The notes beneath the pieces are model-generated. The model was not told where the DNA came from, searched no databases, and worked only from the letters and a program-made list of their open reading frames with translations. The position numbers were made by a program, and so were the translations under genes. This document shows positions 1-64,000 of a stretch of 64,000 nucleotides of DNA, piece after piece (positions within the stretch are counted from its first letter, which is position 1; the number at the start of each line of letters is the position of its first letter). Origin of the DNA: the human T2T-CHM13v2.0 reference genome, Homo sapiens; the NCBI RefSeq assembly GCF_009914755.1, contig NC_060943.1; one strand, written 5' to 3'.

Positions 1-218
1 TCCATTACCAAAGCCTGGAAGTTCTCATCACCTCCAGGTGGACTGCTTGGCAGTGCTAGGAGGTGGACTCAGGACTTCAGAAGCAACATTTCTGGCCTGA
101 CCTGGAAGGTGAAGGTGAAGGTGAGACCCTGTAGGGCACAGGGCTAATTAGTGGACAAGGGAAGGGGGAGGCCCAGGGCTGGTGAGTCTAGAATGCTCTG
201 GAACCCTACACCTAGTGA

Positions 219-542
<324 letters not shown>

Positions 543-1899
543 GTGTGTCTGTTTCTTAAAGATATTATACATATGTATATTATATATATGTAATATAAAT
601 ACAGATATCTATCTATTTTTTCCCTTGGTCCCTACAACAGGCTTAGAGATGGAGTGCTAGCTAATTGGAATGAGGTCCTTTTCAAGGACCCCAGAAGCTT
701 TGCTCTAAATCCCAATGCTGCCCCAACTTACTGTGTCACTTTGGACTCCTCTTCATGTCAGTTTCCCCATCTGTAAAAACGGGACATTGGAACTTGAAGT
801 TCTTCAGGGGCCTTTCCAGCAGGATGAGTCCTCACTACACCAAGGGTGGGATGGGCATTCGAGTCCTGGGGATTTCCCTCCTCTCCCCAGTGCTGGATCA
901 TACGGCCTTCCAGGAGACGCTGGGATGTAAGATACTCTTGGAGGCTGGCTCTGAACTCGGGTGTCTGAATCACAGGGCAAGGGTAGGCGTGGGCTGTGGC
1001 TAACAGCCAGAGTCACTTCCCTGGCCTAGCTTGGGGACCTGGGGAGGAGGAGGTAGCTCTGGACACCAGGGTTCTTCCCATTGTGGGAGAGTGAGTGTTT
1101 TAGGGGGAGACCTGTCCCCCAGATTAAAGAACTGGGAGCCCTAGCGGATGTGTCTGCGAATGTGTTTCTCGAGCATGGGTCCTCCGACCTGGCCCCCTGC
1201 CCATGCTACCATCTACCTAAGTGCCCCGCAGGCTGGGAGCCAACTGCAGAGGGAGCCAGTGACAGTGAGGAGGACGTGTTCCCACCCCGTGTTCTGGACC
1301 GAGGGCAGCCACTGTCATTGCCATTCAGCCTTCACAAGTGCTGCATCAACCCAAATGCCCCCTCCAGCTTCTCCATCTCCCTTTATCCCTCAGAATCCCC
1401 ATGTAATAACCGGATGGGATTAATTAGCTGGCTGCTCTCTCAGCTCAGGGTGTCTGGGGTAGGTAGGGATGGGGGCAATGGAAACGCAGGGTTGGGGAAG
1501 GATGTTAAGTTGGAAGTGAAGGGGCAGGGAGGGGGTTTCGTTTGAAAGGAGTATGGGAGCAGGGCAGCCCAGCCTGGGTTTCCACTGGGGAGGGCAGGGC
1601 CTGGGCCACTCATAAAGGTCAGTGAGGGGATTAGGAGCCTCCATGTCTAATCCGACAGCTTAACTAGGTCCTGGCCCTGAATCCGTCTCCACCTGCCCAG
1701 CCCAGGGACAGCAAATGAGGACGAGGCCCAGACACCACTTCAGCCCCCATTACGGCTTCCCTCTTTACAGGGGTGCCTGGGTTCCCTATTCCAGCCAGTC
1801 CCTTGACCACATTCCGTTACAAATAATGGGACATAGAGGCTGGGGAAGGGGAAGGGGAAGGGGCCTCAGAGGAGGGAGGAGTTTAAGAAGGGCAAGGGT

Positions 1900-2300
<401 letters not shown>

Positions 2301-2542
2301 TCAGAGAGGTGGGAGGATGCTGAGGAAAGGGGAGTTGTCTTAGCAGGAGGATGCTTGGGGAAGGGAGGAGTCTTAGGAGGATGCTAAGCTAAAGGAAGGA
2401 GTTTGGAGAAATGAGGGAGGAGTCTGAGCGGCAGAAGGTGCCAGGAAGGCCGAGCCTGTGCTTTCACTAAATTTCACCTTCCCCTGTTCCATTCCCCATG
2501 ACCGATACCAAATAGCATAGCATTTAGAAAAAAGTAAATCTT

Positions 2543-13372
<10,830 letters not shown>

Positions 13373-14339
13373 CCCCCTGCCCCCAACTCCATTATTTATT
13401 ACGGAGCTGCCCCGCCTGGGTGGCCGGACCCCTGGGCCTTGGGGCTGTGGATCCTGGTTCCCTGTTTGGAAAATTCACCACCTCTAGCTCCTCACTGTTC
13501 TTTGTAATTAACACGCTGTTGGTAATCTTATTAATTATTTAACCACTTGGCCTGCTGACCCCCTCATTTCTTGGGGTTGACAGAGTCGAGGTGCTCCGTG
13601 GAGCCAGCCTGTTTCCCTGGACAGGGGCCTGGACCCGCCTGTCTCTGGGTGCTGCCTGGGCTGTCCCGGTGGGTCTGTTCTGGTTTCACCCCGAGCCCAG
13701 CAGGAGTGGAGTAAAGGGAGAAGGTTAATATGGTGGGAGTCTGGAGTTGGAATTGGCCGGGGACAGAGTTTAGAATGCAGGGATTCAGGGTCAAGGTCTA
13801 GCATTCATTCTAGAAGTTACTTGACAGCCATCAGCCAGTTACGCTACAGCCATCAGCTAGTTCCCATCGTTGCTTTCATGGGGCTTGAGGTCTTTGAGGG
13901 GCAGGAGATGAAGCTGGTGAGGTTGTGAGCTGGGCCAGGGCTTTGAGGACAACCTGGAGCTGGAAGAACATGCGACCACCTCAGGGAGGGTCAGGGAAGG
14001 ATGAGTGGGGAGGTGGCCCATGTCCTGCAAGGGCCTTGCTGATGGGATGTCCTGAAGGGCTGGGCAGCCTTAGATCGGGCTAAGAGGGCAGGACTGTGGG
14101 CCAGTGCCAGAGCCAGGCTTGTCTGTTCTCAAAGGATCAGCCTCCTTTGGAGGACATTTTGTGTCAAGGATAGGGCTGAGGACCTGCGTTCTGAACGTCT
14201 TTCCTGGGATTCTTGACAGCCAAAGAAATTCGAGGATCGCCTCTATGAAGGTGAAGTCTTGGCATGTGGGGTACCCCTGAATCCTGGGCTAAGGTCTGTG
14301 ACCTTTTGCCCTCCAGTTGGGGTATGTGTGGTGTCCCCA

Positions 14340-15430
14340 AAGAACAAGGGCTCGTGGATCCCGAGCAGGGTGCGATGGCGGATTGGGAGGTCCCATGTCA
14401 CTCTCCCATGCCCGCCTTTGAAGCTGAGGCGCTCTTTAGTTAACAAACTACAAGTCCCAGCAGGGACCGGGACGCGGGTGGGAGAGGCGCCTGTGGCCCC
14501 GAGGCGTGCCGCGAGTTGTAGTCCCTCCTGCCCGCTGTGTTCGCTTTTGAGCTCTCCGATGGGATGCGGCGCTTCGGAATTTCGGGCTTTGATCCCTGTC
14601 CCGCCCTTGGCCACAGGCACCTGCCGGCCTGAAGGCCCCCGCGGTGGGGGTACCCTGCGCCCCTCCGCGGGAAGGTGGACTACAGTTATCGGCAGGCTGT
14701 GCGGCGCCAAAGCCACGGTGACCCAGACCCGAGGTTTTTCCGGGCGTCGCAGTTTCCCGAGACTCCGTGGCGGCGTTTGTCTTCTTTTTCTTAGTCAGAT
14801 CCCGTACTTTTGTGGAGGGTAGAGGAGGCTTTGACCGCCGCGGCCCCGGGGGCTGGTGGGAAATGGAGTTCCAAATGAGAAAATAGAATTCCCCACTTCT
14901 CTTTCCCACAGGTGCCAGGGAAACGGAGTCATCGACCCAAGAAGGTCGTGGGAGATGAGGTCCCGGGGTAAACAGCGGGTCCCGCCACTATGTCACCCTT
15001 TCCTGCCGCCTCCCCGGATGAACTGCATGCAGGGCGGCCGGCTCCGTGGCAGGCAGAGGCAGGAAGAGGCGCGGAGCCCGCTCGTGGCGAAGAGGGGAGT
15101 GCGGCGGGAGGGGAGGGCAGAGGCAGGCGGCCGGTCGCGTGGGGCCTGGGCCGCCCCAGGAGGGCCTCTGGCTGGATTCTTAGCAGATGGAAGCCGTGCA
15201 AGGGCAGGAGGCAGGGGCCTGACGTGTTTGGATTGAGGTTGCAGGAGGGGCCCCTGGCTGCTTCAGGGAGAATAATTTGGAGGCGAGCGGGGAGGTGAGA
15301 GGAAGCTGTGCGGTGCAGGATGGCGTGGCTGTGGAGGTGGAGAACGTTGGGCCACGCTAGGAGTCTTGAAAGAGGAGCCAAAAGGACTTGCTGAGAGCCG
15401 CCGCAGCTGGTGAATGACGGTGCCATGACT
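14340..15430. promoter_or_regulatory. Orphan CpG island downstream of the CYTH2 stop, with an ACTACA-type (ZNF143/THAP11) motif cluster
   Basis: CpG dense; ACTACAAGTCCCAG 14447, GAGTTGTAGTCC 14513, GGACTACA 14677. Confidence 0.65.
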
Positions 15431-15639
15431 GAGGTGGTCGAAAGGGAGTATTTAAGGGGAAATCAGGCATTCCGTTTTGACCAAATTAAGCTGGAGATGC
15501 CTGTGGAACATTCCAGCCAGGCTGCATCACGTCACACTGACCTTCAGCATTGCCCACAGTCCATCTTCCCCCAGGACCTGAGGATTTTGCGTCCGGCTCC
15601 CTCCTCGCCCAGGACCCCCAAGCTCCCAGCACGCTTCTG

Positions 15640-16858
<1,219 letters not shown>

Positions 16859-16859
16859 C

Positions 16860-17745
16860 ACTCCTCCCTCAGACCCAGGAGTCCAGGCCCAGCCCCTTCT
16901 TCCCTCAGACCCAGGAGTTGGGGACCCCGGCCCCTCCTCCCTCAGACCCAGAAGTCCAGGCCCCAGCCCTTCCTCCCTCAGACCCAGGAGTCCAGGCCCC
17001 CATCCCCTCCTCCCTCAGACCCAGGAGTCCAGGCCCCCATCTCCTCCTCGCTGAGACCCAGGAGTCCAGACCCCCATCCCCTCCTCCCTCAGACCCAGGA
17101 GTCCAGGCCCCCATCCCCTCCTCCCTCAGACCCAGGAGTCCAGGCCCCCATCTCCTCCTCCTTGAGACCCAGGAGTCCAGACCCCCATCCCCTCCTCCCT
17201 CAGACCCGGGAGTCCAGGCCCCCATCCCCTCCTCCCTCAGACCCGGGAGTCCAGGCCCCCATCCCCTCCTCCCTCAGACCCGGGAGTCCAGGCCCCCAGC
17301 CCCTCCTCCCTCAGACCCGGGAGTCCAGGCCCCCAGCCCCTCCTCCCTCAGACCCGGGAGTCCAGGCCCCCAGCCCCTCCTCCCTCAGACCCGGGAGTCC
17401 AGGCCTCCAGGCCCTCCTCCCTCAGACCCGGGAGTCCAGGCCCCCAGCCCCTCCTCCCTCAGACCCGGGAGTCCAGGCTTCAGCCCCTCCTCCCTCACAC
17501 CCGGGAGTCCAGGCCCCCAGCCCCTCCTCCCTGAGACCCAGGAGTCCAGGCCCCCAGCCCCTCCTCCCTCAGACCCAGGAGTCTAGGCCCTGGTCTTTCC
17601 TCCCTAAGGCCCAGGAGTCCAGGCCCCCAGCCCCTCCTCCCTCAGATCCAGGAGTTCAGGCCCAGCCCCCTCCTCCCTCAGACCCAGAAGTCCTGCCCCC
17701 AGTCACCAGCCCTTCCTCCCTCAGACCCAGAAAGTCCAGCTCTCA
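16860..17745 (+). repeat. MSR1-type 37 bp minisatellite (~24 units), opposite orientation
   Basis: Tandem CCCCTCCTCCCTCAGACCCAGGAGTCCAGGCCCCCAG. Confidence 0.9.
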
Positions 17746-18136
17746 CCTTCCCCCCGCTGCCTTGGTTCATGCAGCACCCACCCACCCTGTGGCAGGTGTC
17801 TCAGGATCACTTCAAGCACCACCAAGTCTCCCAGCAGGACTTATTGGGAAGAAGCTAAAACCTTATCCTCTCTCTCCCTTTCCCCAATCCCCCAGGACTC
17901 ACATGTGACCCTAATGCCGCCATCACCTTAACTCCGAGGCCAGAGTCTACACTACAGCCTCCCTAACAGAGGGAAGGGGCTGGGTTCCCACCCCTTGCTC
18001 CTTCCCTCTCCCCGCATCCAGACTACATCCCGCAAATACACCAGTGAACCTGGTACCAAGGTGATGGGGGACAGGTCAAGGCCAAGAGATCAGAGCCACA
18101 AAGACAAACCCGGTCAGAGGGAAAAAGACAGAGTCA

Positions 18137-18458
<322 letters not shown>

Positions 18459-19930
18459 GGAAATAGAGACAAAAGCACAAGGCAGAAGGACATAATCGAG
18501 ACAGGAGGAGGTGACAGGGAGACACAGACAAGGAGAAAAATGTGGAGGCAGGGAGGAACTCGAGACAAAAACATCGAAATAGAATTAGACAGGGAGGAGG
18601 AGGCCAAGAGCAAGAGACTCAGATGGGGAGACAGGAAAACTCCAGATCAGTTGGAGACCAAAACTGGGGCAGGGTGAGACAGGGAGCCAGAATGTTGGAA
18701 ATGAGAGAGAGCCACACAGATAGGTGCGGTTAGGGTAAAGACAAGGGATGAGAATGTCAGCGAGGTGGGCGGTCGCATGGAAAAACAGGTAAACTGAGGC
18801 AGCACCACGCTGGGTGGGGAGGTAGACCCTGAACTTCAAGGAACAGGCAGTGCCGACCTGAGGTGGGTGGGATGTGATCGTGATCCAGTGTGGGCATGAG
18901 CAGCTCATTTCTGAGCCCCTGCCCCACTAGCCCCTGGCCCTGGGATAGCGTCTGGCCACCACCGCGGGCCACCTTGCAGAAACGTGGCTCTGACCGCAGC
19001 CTGCACCTTCCCACCCAACCCCAGTGGGCTCCTTATGGTTTTTTGTTTGTTTGTTTTTTGTTTTTTTTTTTTGAGATGGAGTCTCACTCTGTCGCCCAGG
19101 CTGGAATGCAGTGGCACGATCTTGGCTCACTGCAACCTCCGTCTCCTGGGTTCGAGCGATTCTCTTGCTTCATCCTTATGGCCTCTTGAGCCAGCAGTGC
19201 TGCTGCTGCAGCGGCCAAGGTTGGGCGATGCAAACCCCAGGCGCAGAGCCGGGATCTGGAGAAGCAGAGAAGCCGGGCCTCCGCCACTGTGCGGGAGTTT
19301 CCGCTTCTCTGAGCATCCGATGTCCCATCTGCCATGCGGGCCAGGCTGTGAGGATGGGACTTCTCAGGGTCGCACTCGCTCCCTGCATCCTCCCCTCCTC
19401 ACCTCGCGAAATACGCACAGGCCCCGTGTTCCTCCAAAAAGTTGTTTTTGTCTTTTTTAAATAATGTGAAAATGCCACGCGAAGGTTTGAACCAGAGGCC
19501 CCTCCAGGGGCCGGGCTGGGGAGGGAAAGGGGAGACGCGAAATGGGGGGTCCGGGTCCCCGAAGCCTGCGGCCCCTGTCTTGGGCCAGGAGTGGGTGAGG
19601 AGGGACCTCCGCTGTGTCGAGGGGCTCCAGGCCCAAAAGAGTTCAGTTCAGTTCCGAGAAAGGCGGCTCTCTATGGAGGGGCGGGGGGATTCCTGCCTCA
19701 TTTGGCTCCGAGGGGGTCAGGGGGGTCAGGGGAGCCATCTGGGGGGCTGGGGGGCGGGGGCCCGGGGCCTCCCGTTTGGCACATGGTAGGGGAGTGGGAG
19801 GGGGAGGGCCCAGCCTCGGGGGCCTCCCCAGAGGCGGCGTCTGCGGTGGTGGCAGTGGCGCCGTCATCCACAGAGGATTCCATTCTCAACCCCTCTTCTG
19901 AGGGTGCAGCGGGGTCGGGTCTTCGGGGAA

Positions 19931-45736
<25,806 letters not shown>

Positions 45737-45739
45737 CTT

Positions 45740-46200
45740 GTCGAGGATGGCAGGGAGGTGGAGGTGGTGGCGGCTGGGGAGGAGGGGGGGGCGGGCCCTC
45801 AGCCCCCAGCCATGGGGACCCGCGCGACCCTGGCCTCCTCCCGGCCCAGGAGAGGGGCAGGAGACGCAGGACAGGGGGAGGGAGGGGCTGCTTGCTGGCT
45901 CAGGTACCCCCCTCCCCCTCTTTGAAGGGACAGACGGATGAAGGGATGGAGAGGCGGACAGAGGAGAGATGCTGGGGAGCCGGGGTTGCTGGGGTGGGGG
46001 GGAGAGGGTAGGATGGGGGGGGCGAGAAAGAGGGCCCCGCCCCCGAGGGCAGCCAGGATTGGGGGAGCAGAGAGCCTGTCACAGGAAGGGTGGGAGGAGG
46101 GAGGATGGAGCGTCGTCATGGCAACTGGCTCCCCCGTAGCATTGGCTGCCAGGAGGGAGGGGAGGAAATGGGAGGGGGAGGGACAGACAGGGACCGGCAC
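45740..46200 (-). promoter_or_regulatory. LMTK3 proximal promoter/5' UTR (GC box, X-box 46112-46125, CCAAT 46140-46149)
   Basis: GTCGTCATGGCAAC and CATTGGCTGC upstream of ATG 45736. Confidence 0.6.
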
Positions 46201-46549
46201 ACACTTGCAGCGGGGGTGGGGGGGCAGGGCCCACGGGTGCCTGGCCCGGACACCGCTGTGACATGCCACCAGCATGGACACATGTGCTACACGCTAAGAT
46301 GCAGATGTCAGGCACGCGCAGCCCACACACAGCTGACACACGTCGCAGGGACCCTCATAGACAAGCGCATCACATACAAAGGTGGACAGCCATCAGCAGA
46401 CGGGGACACGTACACGTCACACACAAAGACGCAGGGACCGCACTGGAAACGCACAGGCAGGCCAGCTTCCAGCACAGATGCACCCGGCCACGCAGGAACG
46501 TCAAAGCATCACAAAGACCCACACATGCCCCGGACAAAGTAAAGCCCCA

Positions 46550-47290
46550 GATCCACAGACGCACACGCCACAGACAAAGATCCCCACGGACACCACTGTG
46601 ACATGCTGACACTCATAGTCACAGCCACGCAGACAGTCCCTAGACAAATGGGCAACAAAGAATACCCACAGACACAAGTATCACATACATGCACGTCACA
46701 CAGACATGCACAGACAGCAATTGCACAGACACACGCAGACACACACATCACATGAACTAACATAGACACGGACACAGCAGCTACACAGAGACAGGCACAT
46801 CACATACATGAGTACACAGAAACATAATACATGCATGTATACGGACACGTAACATGCATCACTCACACGGACACAAGCTTCACTCACATGGATACACACA
46901 GACACACTACATACACATGCATGCGGGCACACACAACTCATACATACAGGGCTACATAAATCACATGCAAAAATACACATAAATACACCACACACTGATA
47001 CATACAGACACATATAACATGCACATATACACAGTCACACATACATAAGCACAGACATAGGCACACAGATCAAATACACAGACACACAGAGTTGCACACA
47101 TCACATACCTAAACAGACATGGACACACACATCACAAATACACACACCTTTCACACAAGGTTACAAAGACACAGAACCCCACCACAGTCACACATCACAT
47201 ACATAAACACACACTGGCACACATAACACATACAAAGAGTCACACACCCACAACACAGACACAGACACGCGCACAGACACACGGGTCGCA
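46550..47290. repeat. CA-rich low-complexity tract
   Basis: Degenerate (CA)n/(CACAG)n. Confidence 0.85.
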
Positions 47291-47299
47291 AATACCCAC

Positions 47300-47349
47300 G
47301 TTTCCCGTGCGGTTACGCAGACATTACACAACCACAGCACTTGCCTCAT
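47300..47349 (-). CDS. LMTK3: Candidate upstream alternative LMTK3 coding exon (MRQVLWLCNVCVTARET), splicing to 45773 and adding 29 aa
   Basis: ATG 47349; donor AC|gtgggt; acceptor tccccag| at 45773 stays in frame into MPAPG (87 nt). Agrees with my recollection of a longer annotated isoform, not verified. Confidence 0.6.
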
Positions 47350-47559
47350 ACAAAAGATACATGATCATAGTTTATTTAATGTATTTATTCTTATGAGTAT
47401 TTAGTCTGTGCCAGGTATCGTCCGCAGCGTTTTACACGTACAGAATTACCTCTCAATCCTCACAACCGCCCTCTGAGACAGGTATTTTTTAATCATGCCC
47501 ATTGTACAGATGAGGCAACTGAGGCACAGCGCGGGGTAGTCACCTGCCCCAAGGCACAC

Positions 47560-48360
47560 AAGCCGGGGAGTGGCAAAGCTGGGACTGGAACCCGGTCCAT
47601 CGGGGACACCGACACATCAGACAAGGACACACATACATCACGTGCCAGGCCGCCGCCGTCTCGGGGTCACATCCCACCCTCCAGCGCCCCGAGCTGCAGA
47701 CACACCCGGAAGCGCGGACTCCCACCCTGGGCGCGGACCTCTCCATCGTCCGTGAGCACCTGCGAGGCGTTCCCCTGGGTGAGGCTGGGCCGGAGCTGCG
47801 CACCCAAGACGCAGCCTCAGCAACACTCGGCGCAGGCGACCCAGCCCCCAACCCCAACCCCCAGCAGGGGCCCAGGGCTTTCCACCAAAACGCGCAGCCG
47901 TGGCGCACACCGGCCGGGCAGTGCACACTCCCCGCAGAGCGCAGCCGTCCTCATCGGGGGGCTCAGGGGAAGGGGCTGCCCTCAGGGTGTCTCATTGGAG
48001 AAACTGAGGCAGGTTCATCGCGGGAGGGAGGGGGCGCACGGCCTAGGCTGCAGGGTGGAGGGGATGCAATCGGGGGGCGGGGAGTGAGAAAAGACGCAAT
48101 TCGCTGCCCGGGTGGCTGAAGGGCACAGAACCTGGCGGAAGCAGAGGCTTATGGGAGGTGTAGTCCTGGCCTTGAGACTTGTAGGAAATGTAGTCCTGCT
48201 CGACCCAGCAAGGAGGCTCAGATTAAGCTGCGGTTGGATGCGGGTAGCAGGAGCCGAGGAAGGGTCCGCTGCCTGGGTCTTTGGAAGTGATGTGGGCAGA
48301 ATTATCAAGTCCTAGGGAGCGGCACAGGCGGGGCTGCAGTCCTGACTCTGGCCCCAGCTC
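47560..48360. promoter_or_regulatory. CpG island upstream of LMTK3 with two ZNF143-type motifs (48146-48196)
   Basis: CpG dense; TGGGAGGTGTAGTCC and AGGAAATGTAGTCC. Confidence 0.65.
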
Positions 48361-48756
48361 GCTTGTTCATGTATTCACTCAACGAACGTTTACTAGGTGC
48401 CCACTATGTGATTAGGCAGGCGCTGGGCCAGAAGCTGGGGCTGCAGCAGGAAGCAAGTGAGACGCGTTCCCTCACCTTCTGGGAGTCTCGGGGGTTCAAG
48501 GAAAGCAGCCACGAGTGGAATAATTGCACATCAGGACTTAGCACTGCCGGGCACCACTGAGTCAGGGTGGGGATGGAGTGGGTCTTGTCTGGGGAGTAAC
48601 AGAGGGTTCCCTAGAGCTTTCCAAACTGTGAGCGCCCAGCCATTAGCAGGGGTGATATCAAGATCCTCGGTGGTCTCAGAAACAAAGTCACTCTCTGAAA
48701 AGAAAGAAAGACAAAAAATCCTCCGTGGCAATCAGCACTTTTTTTTTTTTTAATGG

Positions 48757-64000
<15,244 letters not shown>

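Noticed and set aside
16905-17908. Pro-rich ORFs of 106-248 aa
   Set aside because: Translations of the MSR1 minisatellite.

Overview
Human (primate) genomic DNA: GC-rich, very Alu-dense, carrying MSR1-type minisatellites typical of chr19q13.3. It holds two complete, convergent multi-exon genes. (1) CYTH2/ARNO, + strand, CDS 3670-13372: 12 constitutive coding exons totalling 1200 nt (399 aa), plus a 3-nt microexon at 11879-11881 giving the 400-aa triglycine form. (2) LMTK3, - strand, CDS 45736-19931: 15 coding exons, plus a candidate upstream exon at 47349-47300. About 48.7-64 kb is intergenic repeat (Alu, MLT/MST LTRs, MER DNA transposons, L2, MIR). Main observation: LMTK3 exon 11 as given has 12 G at 32959-32970, while exon-phase arithmetic needs 11 for the canonical 1460-aa frame. 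The frame entered by this +1 shift has no stop for ~988 codons across exons 11-15 and ends inside the last exon, so it is a candidate dual-coding overlapping frame. Skipping exon 12 or exon 11 would also reach it. Exon coordinates were read by hand from GT/AG sites and checked by phase sums. Repeat family names are by eye and their boundaries are approximate.
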